From Epithemia pelagica (Eukaryota; Protista; Bacillariophyta), in the NCBI GenBank assembly GCA_946965045.2, contig OX337233.1:2790001-2854000 (forward strand): a stretch of DNA of 64,000 nt. Reading direction: 5' to 3'. The notes below the pieces were generated by a model. That model saw only the letters and a list, made by a program, of their open reading frames with translations. It searched no databases and was not told the origin of the DNA. How positions within the stretch are numbered: the first letter of the stretch is position 1; each line of letters opens with the position of its first letter. A program made the translations under genes and the position numbers. Positions 1 through 8,994 of the stretch are shown here, piece after piece.

Positions 1-1448
1 CGACTCGCGAGTTGAGCGACCTTTCGAGCTCCTGCCATGAGCATGTCCATTACAGAAGGAGCACAGCTGGTGCTTTTATCTTTTTCCACAAATGATTTTT
101 GACTCTGTGTTACCGTTCTTTGAGTCGCATTGCTGTTGATGCTGATGGGTTTCTGTTGATAAGGATTGACTTGAGAGAGCCTTTTTGCGTGTGATACCGA
201 CGTAGAATTACTGTCATTTTCGTCCTGAATACAATCGTCTTCCTCTTCTTCCAGCCTTGCTTTGATGTCATTTGCTGAAATGCCATTTTGTTTAGAGCAT
301 CGCTTCACATGATTCACCCGCCCCTTCCACGTTCTGATATGTACCAACGAAGATCCGCACGTAGGGCAAACCTCTAACTTTGCGTTTTCACCTTGATTCC
401 CCATAGCTTTCGATACCAAAGGCTCTCCTTTCAACACAATGGTACGTTCGGGAGAAGGACTCGTACCTGTACATGGCTCACCAGGAGCACCACTGTGCAG
501 TCTTTCGTTTTCATCCGTATCCAGCTCAATAATGACGTTACTTCTGTCTCCGTTTGCAAAGTCATGGTTTGTTGCTGTATAAGAAGAATCGAAAGGAGGA
601 AAGTACTTCAATCCTTTGTCCGTTTCTTTATCATGGTCCAACTCGACAATCTCCCTGTCAGGTTTGTCTCTTGGCACGAATTTGCTCGTATGGATTTTCG
701 AGTATACGTCGGGTTGATCATTTCCATTTGGCAAATGATCCGTCGGTGTCTGATCGTCCACTGGTTTCATCGTGAGACTCAAGCGACTTTTGCTTCTGGA
801 CAAAAGTTCCGACAAGGCAAGGCCCGCTTCCTCATCGTCGTCATCGCTGCTGATTGGATCGTCTTGGTCATGGACCATGAGTTGCGTACAATGAATGTCA
901 TCGCCTGCTTCACTTCCTTCCTTGTCACTGAATATTGCGTCATCCTCATTCTCAATTTCCATCATGTGTCGATCCAAAGTAGGATTATTTTCATGAGGAT
1001 TCAAGGGAGTCTTTTCCTCTGACGTTGCCCGAGAATTAGCATCGGCACTGGTGGCTGTCGGTGGATGTTCTGGCTCGCTTGTCCGAAGCGCACTTGGTTT
1101 GTTGGATGATTGTGGATCACAGAGTTTGCCATTGCTGCTCCGGTCGGAAGCACCAAATGAATTTGGATTTGATGCCGAGGACTTCTGGTATGGGTTGCTG
1201 ACATGGACTTTGACCGAGGACGATATCCTTGCTTTAACTGTTGGATTGTTCATAGTGCGAATCTGTGACGATCCTTGGGATTCATCCGATTTAGGATCGT
1301 TGTGTTCGGTCCTGTTGGCATTTGGATCGGTACTTGTTGTTGTTTGGGCCTCACGACAAGAGGCACACAAACACCAAGATGACGTCGTACTGGAACGACC
1401 GACAAACTTGGCTCCACAGTTTGTACAATGCTTGATGCATCGTGGCAT
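1..1448 (-). CDS. Partial gene running off the left edge: Cys-rich N-terminus, long acidic low-complexity region, then a UBZ-like zinc finger; possibly an SNM1/SLX4-type DNA repair protein
   Basis: I translated the minus strand at both ends and across most of the interior and found one stop-free frame from ATG 1448 (MPRCIKHCTNCGAKF...WCLCASC) to position 1. It contains CPTCGSSLVHIRTWKGRVNHVKRC near 300-380, a C2HC UBZ-like finger. It is absent from the ORF track because it has no stop inside the window. An upstream exon cannot be excluded. Confidence 0.6.
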   Translation of the reverse strand, partial: MPRCIKHCTNCGAKFVGRSSTTSSWCLCASCREAQTTTSTDPNANRTEHNDPKSDESQGSSQIRTMNNPTVKARISSSVKVHVSNPYQKSSASNPNSFGASDRSSNGKLCDPQSSNKPSALRTSEPEHPPTATSADANSRATSEEKTPLNPHENNPTLDRHMMEIENEDDAIFSDKEGSEAGDDIHCTQLMVHDQDDPISSDDDDEEAGLALSELLSRSKSRLSLTMKPVDDQTPTDHLPNGNDQPDVYSKIHTSKFVPRDKPDREIVELDHDKETDKGLKYFPPFDSSYTATNHDFANGDRSNVIIELDTDENERLHSGAPGEPCTGTSPSPERTIVLKGEPLVSKAMGNQGENAKLEVCPTCGSSLVHIRTWKGRVNHVKRCSKQNGISANDIKARLEEEEDDCIQDENDSNSTSVSHAKRLSQVNPYQQKPISINSNATQRTVTQSQKSFVEKDKSTSCAPSVMDMLMAGARKVAQLAS

Positions 1449-1801
1449 TTCGTCGTCTGGAGAGCCGCGCTACTTTGTCGAGAACGATTCCTCGTTCTCT
1501 CCGCAATGTCGCCAATGATGCAGAGGTGTGTTGCTCCTGTCTCGATACTGGACAACCAAACTGGAACACAATGACACACCAGAAAATTCCTCCTTCACAC
1601 TACTCGAGAAGGTACAATTGCAATGGCATTCTTTCAAATGGGTGTCTTGCCCCTTCGTACCCTTGCATTAAAAAGTCGAGAAACCCAGAAAAGAGCGCCA
1701 TCGTGGCGAGAACGGCGAAACCGGCAAATTTTCCGCGACTGATATTGGCATCAAATTTTTGCGGAGCTTGTACGGAGAGACAGACGACATATTGTAGTTC
1801 C

Positions 1802-2034
1802 TGTTGAAACCAGTCAACCGATCGTGCTGTACAGGCAACAAAAGGAAACCAATTTACTTCTATTTTAAAAAGAATGAGCGTTTTGTTGCGCCTCCTCAGG
1901 TTTGGAATGACTGTGCCTCTTACGTGGTTGCACCACTTGCCAATCGGCTTCCTTTGGGTTCGTCATCCACTGTACTCTCTTGGGAGTCGCGGTTTGGTCC
2001 TGTGTTTCCTTTGGCGTGCTATCTTGTCTCAACA
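1802..2034 (-). repeat. 3' LTR of the Copia element
   Basis: Direct repeat of 7630-7862 with a single mismatch (G1924 vs A7752). Confidence 0.98.
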
Positions 2035-5000
2035 CACTCCTTCGCGAGGAATGATAGATATCAGTGCTCGGGATATTCATGATAAGATCACGGAACTTGT
2101 AGAACAAGTTACCTTGAAGCGGTTTCGTATGGAAATCGGCGATCATTTCTTCCGTGGGACAATGTTCGATCGTCAGTTCCTTGTTATCGACTCGATCTTT
2201 AATGAAGAAATATCGAATGTCGATATGTTTGGTACGTTTGCTGCTGGAGGCTCGTCTGTTCTTCTCCAACAGCATTGCACTCATGTTATCTTGGAATAAT
2301 TTCATCTCCTTGACTTGATATCCTTGTGCGATCAGGAATTGCCGACACCAGAGCATATTTGGCATGGCATCATGGACACCGATGAGCTCGCTCTCGGTGG
2401 AACTACGAGCTACCAGCTTCTGTTTTGATGAGATGCTCATAGCAGCTCCTTTTCCCATCATCATTACGCCCCCGGTATGCCCACGCATGTTAGGATGGAC
2501 GGCGTAGGATGCGTCCACCCACCATCGAAGAATCCCGGTCCCATCACAATTTAACCGAAGAAGCAAGTCGGGTGTTGTTTGGAGGTATTTCATCACACGC
2601 GACAACTTACGCCAATCATCCTTGGTTGGTTCTTTCACTCGTGTACTAAGGAAAGCCACGGCCGCTCGGATGTCAGGTCGCCCACGTTGGGCAATATACA
2701 TCAGCCTCATGGTGAAACTGTGAAACTGGTCTGCTTGGTCGCTATCCAACTGCTTGGCTCCATCTTGCAGATGGAAAAGATGGGAGGCTGCTGGGGTTTG
2801 TGCCACCCCTTTGAACTCCTTTGGTACATCATCGATGATACTCTGTATGGCGGTCCTCATGTCAACAATCAACTGCCCTGGTTCACTATAATCAAGGTAC
2901 ATGCCCAAATAGTCATGGCGTTTCCCTCTTGAGATCGAAAGTTCCCCTTGTTGACCGAATGTGGCTTGAATTTGTTCTATGATGCTGCTGACCACGCTTT
3001 CTTCCTTGTGTGATATTTTGAGGTCGTCAATGTGCCATGTGATGGTGCATTGCGACCCATTGATTGTTTTGTTAGCAACACAACTGTCATATGGGTTCAC
3101 AATGAAACCCCATTCCTTGATGACGGCAGTTAACTTTTCCCAAAACAGTCTTGCCGCTCGCAGGGTGCCGTACAGGGCACGAAGCAATTCAACGTAGATG
3201 ACGGGTTCGCCTTTCTCGACCACAACGAATGGTCGGTACATTTTCTCATCAATTTCAAGCAACAATTCAACCATTAGCCCGGTGATCCTCATGTGCACCC
3301 CAGGGTCCATCATGGCCTGCATAAAGGCCCCTGGAATATCCACTACTGCCACTGCCCTTCGTTCCATTGCATCAATGATTGCACTTAGGAAGACGGCCTC
3401 TGTTGCGACTGTGGGGGAAGATGCATGTTCTTTGTTTATGTATTCGCGTTGTTTACGGCCATCTGCGCAGCCTCGTCCTTTAATTTTGCCGGTTCTTTTT
3501 CTCTTCAAGAACATCAAGTATCCAAGCGCTTGTCGGATTTGTTGTTTGGTCAATGAGCTTTTCATGATGGCTCGCATTACTTCTCGGTCATGCAGCTGCA
3601 GGACTTCCTTTTTTACCGCGGCCACGCCTGCATCACCAAACAATCGCACTCCTTGTTTCATCCCCATTTGGGGCGTTGACACGTCTTGTGCCACTTCGGC
3701 AGTAACATAAATGTCATTGTTGTATCGATGGGCATAGTTCCGTTCTCGATTCGTCCGTAGATTATATCTAGGATGAATGGGTGCTGCCACAGCATCACCG
3801 CCGCCGCCAACAATCCCACCGCCAACACCATGGATGTTGGGTTGTTGCATGGGGGGTTGCTCGGGTTGTGGGCCCACTCCTTGATTTGGCACGGGTTCCA
3901 CTCCTTGATTTGCCTCCACTCCTTGATTTTCCTCGATTAGTTCTTGATCTGCAACAGCCTGCTCCACATAGTCAGCATGTAGTTGTTCCTCATGAGCATC
4001 AATGTCGATTCCTTCCTGTACTCCATCATCGTTTCCACCTCCTTCTACGACTCCATCCACTGGACCATTAAGATCCAAACCAAGGCCCACGTTATCTCCA
4101 TCCTCGGGACCATCCTCGGGACCATCCAACCCCTGATCCTCTCCTATCTCTTGATCATTAAGATCGTAGTCGTTCTCATTTCCCATCGCTGCCACTTCTT
4201 CCATGACCAACTCCTCCACCGGGTCCTCATTCACCGTCGCCAACTCATTATCGACGATATCTTCATCATACCTCAATACATCATCCTCGTCGTCCACATC
4301 ATACTCATAATCTTCATCATTTCCTTCGTCAAAATCATCGTATTCCAAAGCCAAGATGCGGTTATCCCTATCCCCAAAAGCAAGATTCGGATATGCCTCC
4401 TGGGCAACAGCCAATTGGTGCACTCGCTGGAGGGCAATATCAGGCATAGGAACAATCGTGGCATGGTTCCGATTGATGACACGACCGGATAACAAGTTCA
4501 AGAAATAATGGCCACCCTGTTGGTTGCCAGTTGGGCAAAGGGCCAGTGCTCCCTGGGTTCTTGGCTCCATGGAATTGTCGTGTGGCTCATGGGTCTGGAC
4601 ATATTGTCCAAACTCATACTTGCAGTGACGGTTATAATCCAGTTGTTGGCCGGTGACGAGGGTCTTTGGGCTCTGCTCGTCCGATATTCCATTGACAGCT
4701 GGGAAGGCATTCAGCCAATATACGGCGGCTTTTGCCATTTCAACCACCAACACTTTTGGCATGTGTTTAAATGGGAGCGTATTATACATGCACCTCATTC
4801 TTTCCTTTATGGTGCGAATGTACCGTTCGATGTCGCCGACATGTTCATCTTGGGATGTCGGGTTCAGGCTCATGCCAATCCCATGGAGAAATTCATTCAT
4901 GGGGTCATTATCAAATGCCCCGTCGGCGAGAAGAATTCGAGGGCGCAAGTTGCCACGACGATAGATCGATGCTACTTGTTTGATTGCCGTGAAAAGTGTT

Positions 5001-6925
5001 GGTCCATTGAGTGCCTTCAATGCAGTAATAGTCCTGAACTTGATGAAGCGAGAGATCGTCGCTAGGAATGGGATCCCGTTGACATGAAGTACGTCCATGC
5101 AAAGGACAACATCGTGATATTTCTTTGGGATTGGGACATCGATCATGAGAGAAGCGTCAACTTGCATGGGACGCTTTCGAACCGTCTTGCCTTTCAAGGT
5201 ACCTATGTCGGGTCCCAGCATCTTTGCGGCTAATTTGACATCCTTGCTAGTGAAAGGACAATTGGGTAGCAACCGCTTGTCCAGGATTGAGCAGAATTCT
5301 CTGTCACTTGGTCGACCTTTTTTAATCTGCAATGATCTAACTCCTTGTGCTCTAGCGACGTCATTTGCTGTGTACTTAGCTTTATTTGTAGCTACCGTAG
5401 TGACCAGTCCAAATTCAGTCGCGGCAGATCGGGAGGACCAATCAGAGTAATAGAGACCTTGGGGACTTGCGTGGAATATGTCAATGATTGCGCCTGTGCG
5501 GGATCGAACATGAAATTCATCGTTGTTGGCTTGGTATGAGATGCTGTACTGTTGCTTTACTTGATGGAATGATAGTATGTTGACCCAGCCGCTCTCATAG
5601 AACCATACGGCTCCATAATCTCGGACTTGGGCTGTTTGTGATGTGGTAATTGTTCCACCATGCCCCTTGATTCTCATGGTTTCTTGGCTAGGCTTCGGTG
5701 GACTGACGAGTAATGATGTGTTGGAAAAGATGTGAATGGTGGCCTGGTTATCCAGGAGGACCCATGTTGGTGGAATGTTATTCTGTGAAAGCGTGGCAAT
5801 AGAAAGACAAAGTGAGTCTGAGGCAGTTTCAGATACACAACAATCAGCGGAGTTCGAACCTCGGTTGGTATCACTATTCTGTGACTCGTTGGCTGTTTCG
5901 CCTGCAGTTGGATAAGCAAGACCTGTATTGTCTGAGCCTTGCGCTTGAGAGCCACCGTTTGATCCATTCTGGTTATTGTTGTTGTTACTGTTCAGCTCAC
6001 GACGCCCCATGCGTGCATCGATAATAGCACGGGCATCAGCAAGATTTGATGGGTAGATGATGTGCCCATCCAAAAAGTTGTTGTGTAGATGCACTTCGTA
6101 GTCTTTTTGGCCGCAAGCACGAATAAATCGATTCGCTATCATGCGATCCTGCGCTTCCTCGTTATCAGCCATAGACGGTGCACCTGGTCCGCCATTCTTT
6201 GCGGCAATTTCTTGGACATATGCCTGATTGAAGAGGAGAATTCCTATCTCATTGATTACCTTGACCTTCGCCCGAAATGCCTCATAGAAACTATGGACAG
6301 ACTGTCCGGGGTGTCGTTTCATCCCATAGAAGTCGGCACGGATCTTGTCCATGGCCATTCCAGTGTAGACCCTGTCGCTATCGAAAGTAAACATAGTAGC
6401 CTTGATCAACTTCAACAACTTGATGCCGTCTCGATGAGCTTGTATGGAAGGGAAGGAACTATGGGCCTTGAGCTTATCCTTCATTAGGTCCGTTGACTGA
6501 CCAAGAAGAACACTATAGAGTGATGAGCGGAATCCTTCAGTAGCCACGCGCTTCTCGTCAATTGCTTTGTACTGAAACTCCCATTCTTTTATTTCAATAG
6601 GACTAGCAGTGTCGGATGGACGTGGTGGACGAGGAGGTGTAGGCAAAGATAGATTTTCAACGGCACGCTGGAAGTCCATGTTGTACTTCGGGAACTTGAT
6701 GCCGATATATCCAATCAGCAGTTCCACGTTCCGAATGTATTTTTTGGCTTGGGCGTCTTGTGTATAATCAAACACACATCCCTTTAACAAGGGTTCCTGA
6801 CCTTCAAACTTGCTTTGGCCATTGTTGTTTCTACCTCCACGTCCTCCCCCACGACCTCGACCACGGTTATTGCCTCGTCCTCCTCTGCCACCACCGGAAT
6901 CAACATTGTCTGGTGACTGACTCAT
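1865..6925 (-). CDS. gag-pol: Gag-Pol polyprotein (1686 aa), Copia type
   Basis: Protease WVLLDNQAT. Integrase D(MDVL)-D(ADGAF)-E(DIERYIR). RT motifs KGRGCADG, VDIPGAF, ALYG and WHIDD. RNase H motifs WVDASY, SSTESE, QDNMSA, KHIDIRY and ADFHTKPL. Integrase lies upstream of RT. Confidence 0.97.
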   Translation of the reverse strand: MSQSPDNVDSGGGRGGRGNNRGRGRGGGRGGRNNNGQSKFEGQEPLLKGCVFDYTQDAQAKKYIRNVELLIGYIGIKFPKYNMDFQRAVENLSLPTPPRPPRPSDTASPIEIKEWEFQYKAIDEKRVATEGFRSSLYSVLLGQSTDLMKDKLKAHSSFPSIQAHRDGIKLLKLIKATMFTFDSDRVYTGMAMDKIRADFYGMKRHPGQSVHSFYEAFRAKVKVINEIGILLFNQAYVQEIAAKNGGPGAPSMADNEEAQDRMIANRFIRACGQKDYEVHLHNNFLDGHIIYPSNLADARAIIDARMGRRELNSNNNNNQNGSNGGSQAQGSDNTGLAYPTAGETANESQNSDTNRGSNSADCCVSETASDSLCLSIATLSQNNIPPTWVLLDNQATIHIFSNTSLLVSPPKPSQETMRIKGHGGTITTSQTAQVRDYGAVWFYESGWVNILSFHQVKQQYSISYQANNDEFHVRSRTGAIIDIFHASPQGLYYSDWSSRSAATEFGLVTTVATNKAKYTANDVARAQGVRSLQIKKGRPSDREFCSILDKRLLPNCPFTSKDVKLAAKMLGPDIGTLKGKTVRKRPMQVDASLMIDVPIPKKYHDVVLCMDVLHVNGIPFLATISRFIKFRTITALKALNGPTLFTAIKQVASIYRRGNLRPRILLADGAFDNDPMNEFLHGIGMSLNPTSQDEHVGDIERYIRTIKERMRCMYNTLPFKHMPKVLVVEMAKAAVYWLNAFPAVNGISDEQSPKTLVTGQQLDYNRHCKYEFGQYVQTHEPHDNSMEPRTQGALALCPTGNQQGGHYFLNLLSGRVINRNHATIVPMPDIALQRVHQLAVAQEAYPNLAFGDRDNRILALEYDDFDEGNDEDYEYDVDDEDDVLRYDEDIVDNELATVNEDPVEELVMEEVAAMGNENDYDLNDQEIGEDQGLDGPEDGPEDGDNVGLGLDLNGPVDGVVEGGGNDDGVQEGIDIDAHEEQLHADYVEQAVADQELIEENQGVEANQGVEPVPNQGVGPQPEQPPMQQPNIHGVGGGIVGGGGDAVAAPIHPRYNLRTNRERNYAHRYNNDIYVTAEVAQDVSTPQMGMKQGVRLFGDAGVAAVKKEVLQLHDREVMRAIMKSSLTKQQIRQALGYLMFLKRKRTGKIKGRGCADGRKQREYINKEHASSPTVATEAVFLSAIIDAMERRAVAVVDIPGAFMQAMMDPGVHMRITGLMVELLLEIDEKMYRPFVVVEKGEPVIYVELLRALYGTLRAARLFWEKLTAVIKEWGFIVNPYDSCVANKTINGSQCTITWHIDDLKISHKEESVVSSIIEQIQATFGQQGELSISRGKRHDYLGMYLDYSEPGQLIVDMRTAIQSIIDDVPKEFKGVAQTPAASHLFHLQDGAKQLDSDQADQFHSFTMRLMYIAQRGRPDIRAAVAFLSTRVKEPTKDDWRKLSRVMKYLQTTPDLLLRLNCDGTGILRWWVDASYAVHPNMRGHTGGVMMMGKGAAMSISSKQKLVARSSTESELIGVHDAMPNMLWCRQFLIAQGYQVKEMKLFQDNMSAMLLEKNRRASSSKRTKHIDIRYFFIKDRVDNKELTIEHCPTEEMIADFHTKPLQGNLFYKFRDLIMNIPSTDIYHSSRRSVLRQDSTPKETQDQTATPKRVQWMTNPKEADWQVVQPRKRHSHSKPEEAQQNAHSF
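2035..2043 (-). promoter_or_regulatory. Short polypurine tract (GAAGGAGTG) abutting the 3' LTR
   Basis: Purine-rich run on the element strand immediately 5' of the 3' LTR. Confidence 0.6.
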
Positions 6926-7581
6926 TCTTGTAGGGTGATGAGATTGACGGGCTTTCGCTTAAATTCTTCGTTGCGTCTGGTGATAGGGTTCCAGACTTGG
7001 ATCCACGTGTAGGTATCAGTGTGTCTAAGCACTGTTCCTGTTGCGTTATGCAAAGGGTGTCGATGGCGTGCGAGACGAACAGGGGTTTCCACTCGGACTC
7101 GTGCTCCAATAGGTGGAAAGATAATGCCTTGTTGATTCTCAACGGCTCGGGCTTGCACTTGTATGGCTCTTGGTTCGTTCACTATCTCGAGATTTCGTGG
7201 GTCTTCGATCACAACTTGAGGTTCTTCAACCGTTTCCAGTTCCACAACTTGAGGGTTCTCTTCGCCCTGTGCTTGTGTTTCTTCTGCCTCTTGTGCAATC
7301 CGATATACCCTACCGTGATCGGCTTCTCGTTGGTTACGGTGTTCTTGGAGGGCCCGTTGATGTCGCTCGTGTTCTTCACCTTGTGCTCGTCGATATCGTT
7401 GCTCCAGTTCTGCTGTATCGGCCCAATACTGCCGGTCAATAGCTCTGAGTCTGGTTTCGTGATCTTCGTTGAGTCGGCTGGCTTGCCCTTCGTGTTGAAG
7501 GTTCAACCGCACGAACTCACGGATTAACAAGAATACAGGCGTTTCGTCAGTAGGTAGGGAGTTTTGATTTCGATCCGACAT
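6922..7581 (-). CDS. Extra ORF (ORF0, 219 aa) inside the retrotransposon upstream of gag-pol: coiled-coil N-half and SH3/KOW-like C-terminus
   Basis: Stop-free frame starting at the first ATG downstream of the 5' LTR (7581). Its TGA overlaps the gag ATG (ATGA, 6925-6922). Protein-like composition. Confidence 0.8.
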   Translation of the reverse strand: MSDRNQNSLPTDETPVFLLIREFVRLNLQHEGQASRLNEDHETRLRAIDRQYWADTAELEQRYRRAQGEEHERHQRALQEHRNQREADHGRVYRIAQEAEETQAQGEENPQVVELETVEEPQVVIEDPRNLEIVNEPRAIQVQARAVENQQGIIFPPIGARVRVETPVRLARHRHPLHNATGTVLRHTDTYTWIQVWNPITRRNEEFKRKPVNLITLQE

Positions 7582-7615
7582 GCACTCAGGCTTTGAGGTG
7601 AACAACAGTGTTATG

Positions 7616-7629
7616 TTCTTTTTAAAATA
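7616..7629 (-). promoter_or_regulatory. Non-tRNA primer-binding site, complementary to LTR positions 7689-7702
   Basis: The element strand reads TATTTTAAAAAGAA directly after the LTR's CA, with no TGG. This is the exact reverse complement of TTCTTTTTAAAATA inside the LTR. Confidence 0.7.
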
Positions 7630-7862
7630 TGTTGAAACCAGTCAACCGATCGTGCTGTACAGGCAACAAAAGGAAACCAATTTACTTCTATTTTAAAAAG
7701 AATGAGCGTTTTGTTGCGCCTCCTCAGGTTTGGAATGACTGTGCCTCTTACATGGTTGCACCACTTGCCAATCGGCTTCCTTTGGGTTCGTCATCCACTG
7801 TACTCTCTTGGGAGTCGCGGTTTGGTCCTGTGTTTCCTTTGGCGTGCTATCTTGTCTCAACA
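7630..7862 (-). repeat. 5' LTR of the Copia element
   Basis: Direct repeat of 1802-2034, TG...CA ends, flanked by TSD GTTCC. Confidence 0.98.
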
Positions 7863-7904
7863 GTTCCGGGTGTTCCTGGTCGAACACAAAAGAGAACTAT
7901 CACC

Positions 7905-8885
7905 ATGGTTGATAGAAAAAAACCGAGTGCGCTTGATGTTTGTACCCTGTTTGCGTGGCGAAAGGCATCACGTCATGTGTTTAGCGAATACGTCCGAGAT
8001 CTAGCATCGCATCGTTCTATTGTGAACGGAGGTCTTGCCGAGATGATGTCCCAGACGGTAAATTCACCGGCGGTCTACGCCATTGCGAAGGCCTACGAAG
8101 AACGTCAGAGAGGTTGTTTTGTTGTTTATGCTCCAGCAAATACAGGTAAGACTGTAGCTGGTGTTACGCTGCTGAGGAAGCTTCTCTCCAAAATGAAGGG
8201 TAAAACTCCAAACGGACTGATGATATGCGGAGAAAGAGACGCGAACGAGACCTACGAGCAGTACTTACGAAGAAGTTTGGACGCTCCACATGACTGTCCC
8301 GATTTTTTACACCGATTTCTCTTGGCCATTGGAAACAACGTTAGTGATGAAGGAAGTAGTCATGAACGATGGGGATTCTTCAAGCGTTTTGCGAATCAAG
8401 TTAACCACAGTCCAGACCTGGTTGGCCACGGAGATGGCTCGTCTAGTTCGCCTGTAGTTATCATCGATGACTTCAACGCTCTTGACAGTGATGACAAGGA
8501 CTTGGATTTCATTCGAAAGCTCATGTTTCAAGCTTGGAATTTGAAGGTCGTTGTGTTCATCTTGACGCAGCGACTTTATATCGCCAATACGTTGTCCCGA
8601 ATCAATGGATGGGAAAAAATCTTACCACTACCGCTGGCGCACAACACCGACACTAGTAAACTCCCCCGTGACGCTGACGCTGACAGATATCCGGATCCCG
8701 AATGGAACAACCTCTCTTGGTCAATTAAACAATTGAAGTCACTAGTCCAGAGCGAGTTTCCCACATTGGATGACATGCAGTTGTCTTTTCTGAATGAACA
8801 CATGAAACCCACGGATGCATTGGTGAGAGCAAATGCCTTAACCTGCGCGAAGATAATCTCCGAAAGTGATGATTATATTGAGTAG
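7905..8885 (+). CDS. P-loop NTPase of unknown function (326 aa)
   Basis: Walker A-like APANTGKT and Walker B-like VVIIDD. The likely start is ATG 7905; the longer track ORF begins inside the LTR. Confidence 0.75.
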   Translation: MVDRKKPSALDVCTLFAWRKASRHVFSEYVRDLASHRSIVNGGLAEMMSQTVNSPAVYAIAKAYEERQRGCFVVYAPANTGKTVAGVTLLRKLLSKMKGKTPNGLMICGERDANETYEQYLRRSLDAPHDCPDFLHRFLLAIGNNVSDEGSSHERWGFFKRFANQVNHSPDLVGHGDGSSSSPVVIIDDFNALDSDDKDLDFIRKLMFQAWNLKVVVFILTQRLYIANTLSRINGWEKILPLPLAHNTDTSKLPRDADADRYPDPEWNNLSWSIKQLKSLVQSEFPTLDDMQLSFLNEHMKPTDALVRANALTCAKIISESDDYIE

Positions 8886-8994
8886 TCCGGAGAAGTTGCG
8901 TACTGTTGTGGATCCATCTCCTTTTTGATTGTTTCTATTTTAATAGAATCCAGTTTTGAAAGTAGCCACCCATCCTGTTTCGGCATCCCGCTGT

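Larger units (their letters stand above)
1802..7862 (-). mobile_element. Intact Ty1/Copia LTR retrotransposon (diatom CoDi-like), 6061 bp
   Basis: 233-bp LTRs at 1802-2034 and 7630-7862 with TGTTGA...TCAACA ends. 5-bp TSD GTTCC at 1797-1801 and 7863-7867. Uninterrupted ORF with domain order gag-PR-IN-RT-RNaseH. Confidence 0.98.

Noticed and set aside
393-1022. 209-aa plus-strand ORF
   Set aside because: It is the antisense shadow of the longer minus-strand frame that carries the zinc-finger motif.
7612-7629. Conventional tRNA primer-binding site
   Set aside because: No TGG complementary to tRNA CCA within several bases of the LTR end.
7629-7904. First 92 codons of the 418-aa track ORF as part of the NTPase
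   Set aside because: They are mostly antisense LTR sequence; the native start is more plausibly ATG 7905.
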